Shown one piece after another: positions 1 through 12,500 of a stretch of 64,000 nucleotides of DNA (the first letter of the stretch is position 1; every line of letters starts with the position of its first letter). This stretch comes from a virus (lineage: Duplodnaviria; Caudoviricetes). A model generated the notes under the pieces. That model was not told the origin of the DNA and made no database searches. It saw only the letters and a program-made list of their open reading frames with translations. The translations under genes were made by a program, and so were the position numbers. The DNA lies in the IMG/VR virus record IMGVR_UViG_3300028591_000072, positions 160,001 to 224,000 of that record; one strand, 5' to 3'.

Positions 1-1
1 C

Positions 2-2518
2 ATAAAGATAGCACAAAATTATACTTTTAAGAATGGGCTTAAAGGTCTTGAAAGTATGGCAAAAAAAGCAACGGCAATTAAACTTGATATGGGTCAAGTT
101 GCGAACTTTGCGGAAAAAGTGAGTAATATTGAGGGTGCGATTGATGTTGCATCAAAACTACAGGTTTTGGGAGGTTCATTTGCTAGCATTGCAGACCCAT
201 TGGGTATGCTTAATGAAGGCCTTATGGATATGGAAGGCCTTACAGACAGAGTTATTAATATGGTAGGCGGAATGGGCGCATTCAATAAGCAGACAGGTGA
301 AGTGGAGGTATCTGCGTTTAATAAGCAACGTATTAAGGCTGCTGCACAAGCAATGGGAATGGATTATTCTCAATTGATGGAAAGTGTAAATGCTGGTGCA
401 AAAAGAGAGGAAATAAAAAGACAAATTAGTGCTTCTTCTAATGCTGTTGGTCTTAATAATGATATGAAGGAGCTGTTAAAAAATTCAGCAACATTTAATG
501 AAGAAGGAAAGGCTGGAGTGTCAATTAATGGCGTATTTAAAACTTTAGACCAATTAAGTGACAATGATTATGAAGACTTGGTAAAGGAAACACAGGACCA
601 AGCTGCTGACATTAAAGATATTGCTAAAACTCTTAGAAGTTTTAAAGATATGGAAGAAGGCACTAGAAAACAATATCGTGCAGCAAAAGCACAAATTGCA
701 GAACATACTGGCCTTGGAGATGGGGTTAAGAACTTAGTAAAATTAGCGGGAAGGCAAACGTGGCTATTAGGATTAATTGCTACTGGAAGTATTATAAAAG
801 GATTTTTGGGCATTTTTAGCAAAGGAGCACAACTATTTGGTGGATGGGGACACTTTTTAAAAGGTGGCTCATTTATGAAAGGAATGAATAATGCTGTCGG
901 AAGTGCTGCAAATAGAATTAGTGGTGCTGCTGGACGTTTTGGAACTTCGGTTGGAAAGGCTGCATTTGTAGAAAGACTTGGTTCTGTTGGGCTTCAGGCT
1001 AATGAGAAACTATTTAATGTCGGTTCGAAACTTGCTACTAAAAATGGGCTTATAGGAAATGCCGGTACTAAAATTGCAGAGAAGGCTATCGCAAGAGAAG
1101 CTATAGTATCTACTGCCACAAAACAAGCAACTGGAAAAGCGGCTGCTCAACTAACTTCACAAGAAATGGCTAAAACAGCTGGTGCAAAAATTCTTGCCAA
1201 TGGCGCTAAAGGACTTGGTGTTGGCCTTGCGTTTGGCCTTGCTGGAACTGGACTTGATTTGTGGAAAGATAATCTTGTTAGAAAGGGTAAGATAAAGGAA
1301 GGAGGCTTTGCGCATGGCGCAATGACAATTGGTTCAAGTGCTCTTCAGGGCGCTGGATGGGGCTCTGCACTTGGTGTTCCTGGAATGATAGCTGGCGCTC
1401 TTATAGGCGCTACTGTTGGTGCAGTTAAACTTGTTAAACAGAAACGTGAAAGAATAGTTGATGCACAGTTGGAGAAAAAGGGTATTCAAAGGCAAGGGAA
1501 ATATAATGCAAGAAAACTCAAACTGATTGATGAAGGTTTACAAACAGGCGAACTGTCAAATAGAATGAGGAAGAAATTGATTGCTCGTGGTGATATTGCA
1601 ATTGTTGAAGAAATTGAAAAGAAAAAAGAGGAAAATAAGGAAAAAAGGCGCAAAAATAGAAATGAACTTCTTTCATCTATATTTGGTGGAAAAGGCGGAA
1701 ACATTGCAAAAGGAACATTTACTGTTGCACAAGCGTTTTTTAATGGAGAAGCATTTAATACTAATATTAAAAGGAACGGAACGTATAGTGACGAACAAAA
1801 CAAAGAAATTGACCAAGCAATAATGACTGGCAAAATGTCAAGAGATTTGAGGAAACTTCTTGAGGAAAACGAAGAAACTGAAATCCTTAAGGCAATTGAA
1901 GATAGGAAAAAAATGGATAAAAATGGCCTTAAAGAAAAAATTGATAAAAATAAATTTGGCGTTGCTCATTTTGAAGTTGGGGTTGGTCATTTTGGCGTTA
2001 AAACTGAAAAATTTGATGAAAAATCAGAAAAAGACAGAAGTAAAATCAAATCAATTCTTGGCTCTGTTACAGACTTTAATAAATTTAAAATAGGTCCTGC
2101 CGCATTATTTAATGGATTTGAAAAGGCTGTAATACATAAATTATTTGGTGACCTCAATGGGTCAAAGAAAAAAGGAAATGATGGCATTTCAAATGTAAAA
2201 GGTGTTCCTGAAAATGGATTTAATCCTGAAATAAAAACACTTGGCAAGACAAAACAAAATGAGGCTTCTGAATTGCAAAATAATAAAAATTTGCGAGAAA
2301 AATCAAATAATTTTGCAACAAATGGAAAAATTGACATTAATATAACGGGTACTATTAAACTTGAAGGGGCAAATGGCAAAAAAGTTGAAATAACAAAAGA
2401 ACTTCTTGGTAATAAGTCATTCATTGAAGAAATAAGTAAACTTATAAGTGAAAAAATAGGTGCCCATAAAGTTGGTTCGTTGCGTCAAGATAACAATGTT
2501 TTGGGGAGAACTGTTTAA
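2..2518 (+). CDS. Tape-measure-like tail protein (5'-truncated by the window edge)
   Basis: The frame is open from base 2 (IKIAQNYTFKNGLKGLESMAKK...), so the Met at 56 is probably internal. The protein is long, helical and Ala/Gly/Lys-rich, with glycine-zipper hydrophobic segments (GLGVGLAFGLAGTG; GSALGVPGMIAGALIGATVGAV). It lies directly upstream of baseplate hub genes. Confidence 0.65.
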   Translation: MKIAQNYTFKNGLKGLESMAKKATAIKLDMGQVANFAEKVSNIEGAIDVASKLQVLGGSFASIADPLGMLNEGLMDMEGLTDRVINMVGGMGAFNKQTGEVEVSAFNKQRIKAAAQAMGMDYSQLMESVNAGAKREEIKRQISASSNAVGLNNDMKELLKNSATFNEEGKAGVSINGVFKTLDQLSDNDYEDLVKETQDQAADIKDIAKTLRSFKDMEEGTRKQYRAAKAQIAEHTGLGDGVKNLVKLAGRQTWLLGLIATGSIIKGFLGIFSKGAQLFGGWGHFLKGGSFMKGMNNAVGSAANRISGAAGRFGTSVGKAAFVERLGSVGLQANEKLFNVGSKLATKNGLIGNAGTKIAEKAIAREAIVSTATKQATGKAAAQLTSQEMAKTAGAKILANGAKGLGVGLAFGLAGTGLDLWKDNLVRKGKIKEGGFAHGAMTIGSSALQGAGWGSALGVPGMIAGALIGATVGAVKLVKQKRERIVDAQLEKKGIQRQGKYNARKLKLIDEGLQTGELSNRMRKKLIARGDIAIVEEIEKKKEENKEKRRKNRNELLSSIFGGKGGNIAKGTFTVAQAFFNGEAFNTNIKRNGTYSDEQNKEIDQAIMTGKMSRDLRKLLEENEETEILKAIEDRKKMDKNGLKEKIDKNKFGVAHFEVGVGHFGVKTEKFDEKSEKDRSKIKSILGSVTDFNKFKIGPAALFNGFEKAVIHKLFGDLNGSKKKGNDGISNVKGVPENGFNPEIKTLGKTKQNEASELQNNKNLREKSNNFATNGKIDINITGTIKLEGANGKKVEITKELLGNKSFIEEISKLISEKIGAHKVGSLRQDNNVLGRTV

Positions 2519-2568
2519 TTGTTGATATTTTTGAAAATAAAGTTAAATTATAAATATTAATCGAATAA

Positions 2569-5500
2569 ATGGAAACATTAGGTAATATTGCAAAATCATT
2601 AACAATTGGTGCATTGGATGCATTACAGACGATGCTTTCTTTTGTTACTACAATTAGATTAACCGGTGGTGTAAGCGTTTATACTGTTACTCATAATGGG
2701 ATTAATGGATATGACTTAAGAAGTTCGAATCTTGTAAATAATTTCGGAAACGGAATGACATTAAGGGCTGATAAAGCAAAAATAAAGTCAACAAATGCAT
2801 ATGTTTATGATGAAGAAGGAAAATTGGGAAAACCTGTTATATATTCAGATTATATAGGAAGATTATATCATCAAGATGATTTTATTGAAAGTTCTTCATT
2901 TTCTTTTATTACCGAAGAGGGGTTTGGTAAATTTGAGAGTGCAATAAGAAACGAAAATTTAAGAAATATCACTGAAAAAAGTGAAGAATACTCTAATGCT
3001 TCACATACTGATTATGGGGCAATTTTTTTAGGCGGAGATTTTAGTAGGACTGTTAGCCCTATGAAAATTGGAGATGAATATGTTCAGGAGAAATCTATCA
3101 TTGTAAAACACAATGATTTAAAAAAAGATGCTAATATTTTTTATAAAAAATTACATAGTTTTACTGAATTTGTTGATTCACGTATTGGAGAAACAGAAGA
3201 ATCTGAAAAATACCTTAACTTGTCGGCTGAAAATGCTGTATCAAATAATGGGGTCGCAAATGTTTCAAATGGTCATGAAGTAAGGACTTATGAGTCAGGA
3301 AACATAAAAGACATTAAAAGGTTTGGTATAGATTATTTTAACGGAAACATAGAAGGAAAGGGTGGTCTTAGTAGATATAGGATAAATTATGATTATATAA
3401 AAAAATTTCCTCCATATAATGGAATAAAAGTAAATGGGCGTTCATATCTTGAGCATGTTGACATTCCTGATTATATTATTGACTTATCTTTTTTGAAAGG
3501 TCCAATAAGTATTGTTGACTTCTACAATGATGCAAGGACAAAAAATATTAATGAATCTATACATTATACATATTCAAATCCATATGCTGTTGGAAATAGT
3601 GGAGATATGTTAAGATTCTATAATGTTGGGATGAAAAAGTCTGAAATTGGACAATATAGTGAAATAAAAATAACAAATGGCAAGGGTGACCCGAATAGTC
3701 TTTTAACCAAATCAACATACTCTGAACTTGAAAGTAAAAATGACACCATAAAAGATAAATCGGGGCCATTTGTTGGGGATAGTGGATATTCAAAATTGAT
3801 TCATAAAACAAATGATATGTTCAAACAGATGAAGATTGGAAGCTTAGTTAATAGATTCCATATGTCTTCAACTGACTTACATGATTATGATAATGATGAA
3901 CTTGTAACTTCAAAATCAAATTATGGCTTGTCTCGTGGAAGAAATTTATTGGCAAATGGTGCTTCAATAGAAAATGGGTATCATAATCCATATTGCCGTG
4001 TTTGGACAAAACATCATCAATATACAAAATTAAGCAGATTGATAAGACCGTTTAATTCTGATTCGTCTATTAATGGTATTTCTGACATACAAAGAATAAT
4101 AGAGAAAAATAGTGAACTAAGACCAAATAATGGTGGAAGTGAATATCTTGCAAATAATACGGTTCTTATGAATAATGGATTTGTTAGAATGTCTTCACAG
4201 CATTCTAGCAGCGGTGTGAATGATATTACCAATTTTATGTTTTCCATAGAAAATCTTGCTTGGCGTGATATTGAATTGGATGGTGCAGGAATATCAAAGG
4301 AACAACAAGGTCCAAATAAAGGGAGAATAATGTGGTTTCCTCCTTATAATCTTAAATTTACAGAGAATGTAAATGTTGATTGGAATGCAAATAAGTTTAT
4401 AGGTCGTGGGGAACAGATATATACATATACAAATACTGATAGAAGTGGTACACTTAGTTTTACTTTATTGATAGACCATCCTTCGATAATAAATGTTTGG
4501 AGGGGAACTTCTCAAATTGTTGATGATGCTGAAACACGTGAGAATGAAATACTTAGGTTTTTTGCCGGATGCAGCCCTTTAGATAATCAATGCAATCCTG
4601 GCATTGACAAAAAAACAACAGAAGAGCCTGAAAAACGTTCAGATAACAATCCTAAATACAATGGTGAAACAAGAAATGTAGCAATCGTTTTGTTTTTCCC
4701 AAATAATTTTTCGGCAAACGATTTAAAGAATGAGCCGTATTCAAAATCAATAGAATTGTTAAGAAAATACGAAAATGGAAATGGTGATTGGGATAATAGG
4801 CAAGATTCTGATATAGAAAATATTATTTTGCCAAATAACAATGAATCGTTATATTATTTGAATAATGTTGACAGCACTTCTGATGAAAACGATATAGTAA
4901 ATGAAATAAGGACAATGCTTTTTGGCGGTGATGAAAATATTGAATTTTATGGCTTTTTTAATAGAGATAACGGATATGACAAATTAAATGATATCATTAA
5001 AAATATGGATTCTGAAGACGGTGTTATTTTTGGAGATAAGAAAAAAAACATAAAAATTGATGGTATTGAATTAGGCGGATTTGCTTCTTCACATGGAACG
5101 CAAACAAATAATCAAAAATTGTCAAAAAGGCGTGCTGATTTTTTAAAAAACGTATTGGTTAGCAAAAATAGTGAAATAAATCCTGAACTCTTTTCTGAAG
5201 CAAGAACTGGAATAAAAGAGGTGTTTGATATTAGTTCAGACCCAATGCAGCGTGATATTAATACGATTCAGGCAAAAGTGGCACGTTCAGCATATGCATT
5301 ATTTAGAATAAGATGGGAAGATGAAACAACTACGCCAAGTGTTGTTTTGGAGGATGGTAATATAATAGTTGAAAATCAAGACTATGATAATTTTAATGCA
5401 GAAGAAATTTCTAAGAATATATTAGTTGGACAACAAGAGACAACTGTTTCATATGTTGCAAATTCAAATGAATTGTATCGTGCGGATAATGAATATTTAT

Positions 5501-6198
5501 ATTTTTCTGGGCTAAGGGATGATGAGGTTGCATATCAACGTGTTATTGACAAAATAAAATATTTCAACCCAGCATTTCACTCGATAACACCGGAAGGGTT
5601 TAATGCAAGACTTACATTTTTGCATCAATGCACACGGCAAGGACCAACTGTTGATTTGTCTTCAGGATTACATAATTCTGAAAGTACAAATTATACCAAA
5701 TATGCCGGAAACATGTCATTCGGTAGAGCGCCATACTGTATTTTAAGAATTGGCGATTTTTTCCATACAAAAATTTGTATAACATCTTTAAGCATTGATT
5801 ATGATTCTGGCGGTGGCGTTCAGTGGGATTTAAATCCTGAGGGTACTGGCGTTCAACCGATGTATGCAAACATAAATATAAATTTCAATTTTATTGGAGG
5901 TCAAGACCTTGCTGGCCCTATAGAAAGACTTCAAAATGCTGTTACTTCAAATTATTATGCAAATGCATCTGTATATGACAATAAAGCTGACAGAAAGGGT
6001 AAATATGTATATGATGTAAGACTAAATAATCCTGAAAAGCCTGAAGAAGAACAGAATAAAATAACAGAAGAAGATGTTCAAGAAGAACAAAATAAAGAAA
6101 ATGATTTGGGAAAAATGATGAGAGATATATATGATAATCTGGAGTCAACACGTTTAGTTGATTATATGCCAGATTTTCTAAAATCTTATGATAAATAA
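2569..6198 (+). CDS. Baseplate/tail-tube-initiator-like protein with an inserted OmpA-like (peptidoglycan-binding) domain
   Basis: Tube-like motifs (WFPPYNLKFTENVNVDWNANKFIGRGEQIYTYTNTDRSGTLSF and PYCILRIGDFFHTKICITSLSIDYD...WDLNPEG) flank an OmpA C-like signature (IELGGFASSHGTQTNNQKLSKRRADFLKNVL). It sits between the tape-measure-like gene and the gp53-like gene. Confidence 0.6.
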   Translation: METLGNIAKSLTIGALDALQTMLSFVTTIRLTGGVSVYTVTHNGINGYDLRSSNLVNNFGNGMTLRADKAKIKSTNAYVYDEEGKLGKPVIYSDYIGRLYHQDDFIESSSFSFITEEGFGKFESAIRNENLRNITEKSEEYSNASHTDYGAIFLGGDFSRTVSPMKIGDEYVQEKSIIVKHNDLKKDANIFYKKLHSFTEFVDSRIGETEESEKYLNLSAENAVSNNGVANVSNGHEVRTYESGNIKDIKRFGIDYFNGNIEGKGGLSRYRINYDYIKKFPPYNGIKVNGRSYLEHVDIPDYIIDLSFLKGPISIVDFYNDARTKNINESIHYTYSNPYAVGNSGDMLRFYNVGMKKSEIGQYSEIKITNGKGDPNSLLTKSTYSELESKNDTIKDKSGPFVGDSGYSKLIHKTNDMFKQMKIGSLVNRFHMSSTDLHDYDNDELVTSKSNYGLSRGRNLLANGASIENGYHNPYCRVWTKHHQYTKLSRLIRPFNSDSSINGISDIQRIIEKNSELRPNNGGSEYLANNTVLMNNGFVRMSSQHSSSGVNDITNFMFSIENLAWRDIELDGAGISKEQQGPNKGRIMWFPPYNLKFTENVNVDWNANKFIGRGEQIYTYTNTDRSGTLSFTLLIDHPSIINVWRGTSQIVDDAETRENEILRFFAGCSPLDNQCNPGIDKKTTEEPEKRSDNNPKYNGETRNVAIVLFFPNNFSANDLKNEPYSKSIELLRKYENGNGDWDNRQDSDIENIILPNNNESLYYLNNVDSTSDENDIVNEIRTMLFGGDENIEFYGFFNRDNGYDKLNDIIKNMDSEDGVIFGDKKKNIKIDGIELGGFASSHGTQTNNQKLSKRRADFLKNVLVSKNSEINPELFSEARTGIKEVFDISSDPMQRDINTIQAKVARSAYALFRIRWEDETTTPSVVLEDGNIIVENQDYDNFNAEEISKNILVGQQETTVSYVANSNELYRADNEYLYFSGLRDDEVAYQRVIDKIKYFNPAFHSITPEGFNARLTFLHQCTRQGPTVDLSSGLHNSESTNYTKYAGNMSFGRAPYCILRIGDFFHTKICITSLSIDYDSGGGVQWDLNPEGTGVQPMYANININFNFIGGQDLAGPIERLQNAVTSNYYANASVYDNKADRKGKYVYDVRLNNPEKPEEEQNKITEEDVQEEQNKENDLGKMMRDIYDNLESTRLVDYMPDFLKSYDK

Positions 6199-6218
6199 TT
6201 TATAATTAATACAATTAT

Positions 6219-6533
6219 ATGGTTACATTTGACAGATATGCACAATTTAGGGAAGGAAATAAAATAAATATAGTTAGTTTTGGTGAAGTTCCTGAAAAGG
6301 CAAGCGATAAATATATAACATATCAAAAGGGTGTTACAAGATTGGATTTGGTTTCTTATCAATTTTACGACAGTCCCGATTATGCTTGGCTTATTTTGCA
6401 GGCAAATGCAAAATATGGTTCAATGGAGTTTAGAATTCCGGATGGTGTTACTATTAGGATTCCATATCCTTTGAATTCATCTTTGTCTGACTATCAAAAA
6501 TCAATAGAAAATAATAAGAAATATTACGGGTAA
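6219..6533 (+). CDS. Baseplate protein, T4 gp53/LysM-like
   Basis: RLDLVSYQFYDSPDYAWLILQAN...IPDGVTIRIP matches the gp53/P2 gpX LysM-like pattern, and the synteny fits. Confidence 0.75.
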   Translation: MVTFDRYAQFREGNKINIVSFGEVPEKASDKYITYQKGVTRLDLVSYQFYDSPDYAWLILQANAKYGSMEFRIPDGVTIRIPYPLNSSLSDYQKSIENNKKYYG

Positions 6534-6545
6534 TGTTTTTGTTTT

Positions 6546-9500
6546 ATGCGTGAATTTGAAAATAACGTTGGAAGATTAAGGTATTTTGACCCAAATGCGA
6601 CTGTGCTTGAAAACAGAGAAGGGACGTATTCTGATTCAATAACTTTTCCATATGAAGATTATAATATGGCGGTTGATTTGCAAATACGTGTCTTTAATAG
6701 ATATTCTTGCGGACTTGGTGACATGACTGGCGAAATGAAATCATACGAATATTCTACAAAAAACGGCACTTTATCTTTTTTAGGTGGCACTGATGGTATT
6801 CTTACAACAAATTATACTGATATATCAATGGTAAATCCATCAGGAAATACATCAGAATGCCTTGGAATAGAGTCAATTCAAGTTACATATGACAGTTGGC
6901 TTCACCCAACAGTTAATATTGTCTTTATTGATGTTCGTGGTGGAACTGTAATGCAGCCAGCGGAATCACATTATTATAATGACTTGGAAGAAGGTAGTAA
7001 TTATCAAATATATAGAGCCTTGTTCTCGTTTCCATATCCGTTGTTTTTACTTAAGGTGAAAGGCTTTTATGGACGTGGTGTTACATATAGGCTTGCTGTT
7101 AATAGAACAGATATAGAATTTGATGCAAGTAGTGGAAACTTTAAAATATCTGTTGATTTCATTGGGCATATTTATGGCCTTTTTGCAGACATACCAATGA
7201 CATATATTGCAATTGCTCCTTATACTGAAGAAGGTAATAGATATTGGGAACAAAAAGTTTCTGATAAGACATTTTGGTTTTATTCAATGTCTTCTTCCGG
7301 TGAACCTATAGAAAAATCTCCAATGATTAAGTTTCCTGAATTGGCGCTAAGGGCTGCTGAGGTTGCTTTTTCACAACCTGCTGCTAAAATAAAAGCAGAT
7401 ACGCAGAAAACTCTTCAAGACCTTGACTCTGAAATAGAATCTTTGAATGGCATTGTGACTGAATATAGAAATATTTTTGAGAATAATTCAAATGTTGTTT
7501 TGTTTGAGGATGGAAAAGTGTTTCCTTATTTTTCATATATTGCATATTTTGGAAATGGTAATTTATTTGGAAATGATGGAGAAAAAGAGGCATTTAACTC
7601 ATTTATAGAGCATGTTAAAAATCATGATACTTCTTATGGCACATCTTATGAATATAGGTTTGGAAGACTTAGTTCATTCGTGCAAAATAGTTGGCTTGAT
7701 TCTGAGAAATATGTTAAATATAAGAGAAATGAAAATGGTACATTTGAGTTTGATGGGTATGCTGGATGGGTGACAAAAAAAGAATTAACTTATGGTGATT
7801 CAAAACTTACAGATATTTTTGATTTGACAAAAAACCCAGATTTGGGTAATTTCTTGAAGAATTCATCAAAAATTGAAGGAATTCCTGTTGATAATGTGAA
7901 AATATATGCATTTAGAAATAGTGGAGAAAAAATTGGTGATATTATTAACAATAAAATTCCTGAAAACATAAAAAAAATACAAAAATCAAAAGAAATATCC
8001 GAAAAAGAGGGAAAAGAAAAACAGGTATCATATATTGAAGATGCGCTTGGCTTTAGGCCATCAATAAAAAATATGTATGATTTAGCATTTGCTCATCTTG
8101 ATACATTTATGCATGTTTATTATGAAACGCTAAAAAAAATCAGAATGCAACTTGAAAAAAAAGGTGATGAAAGGAAAAAAATAACATATTCTCTTACTGA
8201 TGATTTGACAGATTGTGAAAGGTCTAGTGGAATTAACCTAAACCAATATGAAAACAATTTTGTAAGAGGTGATTTTCTACCTCCATTTGCTGGAATATAT
8301 AAATATATGGACGATGCTGACAATTATACAAAGAAAAGAACAATGATGTGGCCTGGCGACCTTCCAAACGGTGATAGTTCGCTTGAAGAAGTAAAGTTTA
8401 TTTTTGATTTGCTGAATGGTTCTAAATTGTATTTTGAACGGTCTGAAGAAGTTAATTTTGAAATAGAAAAATTTAGGTCAAGTGGAAGTACTAATGTTAG
8501 TTCAGGAAGGCATCCGATGGCTGATGTAAAGAATTTTATACCGTTGACTGTGTATGATATTGCAAATAACGGATATGTTGCAAATCCATATTCAAGTATT
8601 GCTTTGAAAATAAAAAATGAAGTTGATATAGATGAAATAATTGGAGATGTGTATGGCATATTTTCTCTTAGATTATTCTATTATATGAATTCGTTTGATA
8701 GTGGAAAAAATACTAATACAAATGAAGCGGCATTTTTTGGGAGGCTTGATGCTATTAATTTTTTCAAGGCTGTTGGTAAAAGTGAGTCAACAGTGCTTTA
8801 TAAATTTTTGAGTGAGTTTGCTGATGGCGAAGATATGCGCAAAGACAGAAAGAAGTTTGAAGACGCAATAACATACGGTGATGACAGTGTGGATAGCAAG
8901 ACAAAAATGGTTAAATCATGGAGAATAGATTCGTCAAGTGGTACAAATAGGAGTTTGTTTACTAGAAGTGGAAAAGTGTATCGCTATTCCTATTCAAAAA
9001 CGGATACTGTCGAATGTTCAAATGGTGTTTTGTCAGTTAAAGTTCCTATTAAATATTTTCCTGTTAAAATAGAAGGAATGAACGAACTTAAAAAATCGTT
9101 TTCTAATGGATTTCCAAGAAATAATGAAGGCTTTATATCTTCAATATCGCATGAAGCATATTCAGGAACAACAGATGGATATAGGGTTGGTAAGACAATG
9201 AATGGTGGGACTTTTTTGCTTTATGAAACAAGAGATTACATTAAAAATCTTTATAAAAATATAGAAGATGAATTAAATCAGGAAAAAAGTGAAAATGGGA
9301 ATTCAATAACCGATGAAGATATTAATGCAATTAAAGCGAAAAGCACATTTAAGGGCTTTTCAAATAACATTGACTCATCAGTAAAGCCAAAAATAAGAAA
9401 GTATGCAATAGAGAAAACAAAAAGTGATGAAAAATTATCAATAGACGAGATGATAAAAAACGGCTCTCTTGAATCAATGGATAGTTATCAAATTGTACAT

Positions 9501-12500
9501 CCGGATGCTATTGATGATGCAAGGAATCAAAATCAATTAGATGCAAATGGAGAAACATCTGTAAGGGATGCAAGGAGCGTTTTGGAAACACCTTTATATT
9601 GGCTTCAAGATAATGTTTATGCCAAAGCAATGCTGTTTATACAAGGGGCATTGATTACTGATGGCATTCTTGGAATGGAATATAAAAACAATAGTGTTGT
9701 TCAACGAGCTTCATTGCTAAGAGAGGGGTCAACATATTGGTATCATGATAATTATGATTTGGTTAAAACAGAAGGACATTGCAAATTTAAATATTCTATA
9801 GATAAAGATGGGAATTGTACTGAAATAGAAGGTGATTATAAATTTAAAAAGCCAAATCAAAACCAAATGTTCATTTCGAATTACAGTGAAAATGGGGACG
9901 GTATTAATGATAATCAAGCACTTATATATGACAATTTTGAAACATATAATCCAATACCATATGATTCAAATGCACAATATTATGATACGCCTTATTATGG
10001 TGGCATAAAGCAAAAAGAAACTAAAGATGTGTCAAAATCAAGGGTGGAGTATTTGAAGAAGTATTTTGAAAGTTGGGTCGAAAATGAGTTTGCACCCGTT
10101 CTTGATTGTTATGAGGATATAACATTATATGGAGATAAAGAAAGAAGAAAATATGGCGATGGCCTTGATATATCTCTTGTTACTGGCGCAATGTCATCTG
10201 GGGAATCAAATAGAATACCACGTGCACGAAAACTTCAAGAATGTTTAAAGGGCGTATATTTTAATAGTTGTACTATTTTTGACTATTATGGAGGGTTTTA
10301 TAATAATGTAATGAGTGTTAAAGAATCTGTATTTACGAGCGGATTTAGGGCCTTTATGAAACAACTTCGTGCCATATATGGTGATATGGCGGATGCAACT
10401 CAAAATGAAATTAATGATGCATTTGCAAAAAAATATGCAGAAGACCCATTTAGGAATAAGGACTTGCGACTTAGTACATATATGACACTAAAATCTTTGT
10501 ATGATAAATGGATATGCTCGTCACTTAAAGGGGAAAAAACTTGGAGGTTTAATAGAACTGATTTTGAACATAATAAGAGGATAAATAGTGATAGAAACTA
10601 TTATAATGCACATCGTGGAGAATATGAGTTGGATAATTTCATATATGTTGATAGTTTTTATCGTGATATAGGATATGATTTGACCATAAACCTTACAAAA
10701 TTTGTAGATTGGATTGGTAAGTGCTTACCAACATCTGATATGCATAGCGTTGAAGGCATAATGTCATATAATTCAAAAACATTATATGAATTTTTGACGG
10801 ATATAGCAATAGATTGTGGCGCTATATTATTGGCTATTCCACAAAGATTTATGTTTGATTGTGGTGAAAATATAAAGAAAGTTTTTACTCCAATTCCATC
10901 TTGCCAAGATTGGGATGATGATACATATACATATATGTTTCTTTATAACTATAAGCCTTCTGAGCACCTTGGTACACAAGAACCAACGAATATTGATATG
11001 AATGGATGGTCTCCTGAAGGTGATGGATTTGATTTGACTGATAAGGATATTGTTGGGGAATTGTTTGATGAAAACGATATAGGCTATGGTGTTCCGGCTT
11101 TTGGCGTTACGTTTGCAAAACAAAATCAGTCGTATTTTAAAAACATTTCTTTAACCACAAAACAGCATGGTGTTACTGAAGCGGGACTTAATGCAACATT
11201 TCAAATTGCTGCAAAATCGTCTGAAACAGTTAGAGAAACAACTTTGTATGGACAAGATATATATAAGGTGTTTTCTAATAATTCATATGAGTGCACTGTT
11301 GAGATGATGGGAAATATGCAAATTTTTCCACCAATGTATTTTCAATTAAACAATATTCCAATGTGGAGAGGTGCTTATATGATTAAAAAAGTTACACATT
11401 CAATAAGGCCTGGCGATATAACAACAACCTTTGTAGGAGTAAAGCAAAACAAGTATTTGATACCAATGGCAAACGCTACAATAGCATCTCTCGGAACAAA
11501 CGAGAAAAGGAATTCAAGTTCAGAATCAAACAACGAAACTGTTGTTAGTGAATTAAGCGTTTTTGTTGATGGAAGCCAAGGAATAGGAGTTAAGCAAATT
11601 CCTCAAAATTTAGGAAAGAATATTTCAGAAGATGCTGATTTGGATAAAGATGATATTTCACCAACAAAGCCTATTATATGTATAACACCAGCTCATTCTA
11701 CTACACATAAGGCGCTAGAACATTCATGGAGCACGAAGATTGTTGATAATTATATAATACCAAAACTAAAAAGACAAACGTTTATGGATGGAACTTCTTA
11801 TGAAAAACATGTATTTAGGGGTGGAAGAACTAATAGGCCAAATAGAGAGTCAAATTCATACGATTTAGACCCGGTTAGACATTTGATAAGCAAGTATGGG
11901 TCAAATTGTGTTGTTTCTGTTGTACCACATTGGAATGGCGCACATGGACAATATTATATGGCTATATATGGAAAAATTAATGAAGGAAGTTGTACTAAAT
12001 ATATAAACGAAGAAGGAAAAGAGGCTTATAAGGATTGTACTGCATCAATGGCATATTTCAGGGCGGATTCAAGAAAATTCGGAGAGTTTTTTAGGGCGGC
12101 AGCAAACGAGGCCTATTCAAAAAGAGATACATATTCCACGATGCCAAATGGAATGATGGATGGTGGAATTACAACTGAAAAAAATGGGCCATTGAAATAT
12201 TTGTTGAAACCGGATAACACAGACCCGGCACCAATGGTCAACTGTTCTTGCGTTCTTACTGAAAACTTTTTTGCTGACTATAGTGTTAATAGTGTATCAT
12301 GGCAAGGGCCTGACTATGACAAAAAAGATTCTGAAGGAAGATACCAAACAGGGCGTGCATGGCTTGAAAGTGAAGAAGGACTCAATGTAATATCGGATAT
12401 ACATGTGAATGCAATAGTTAATTACATTAATTCATTGAAAGAAAACACAGTAAATCCGCCAATAGAAGATGGACAAAAAAAACAACAGGAATTTAAGGAA

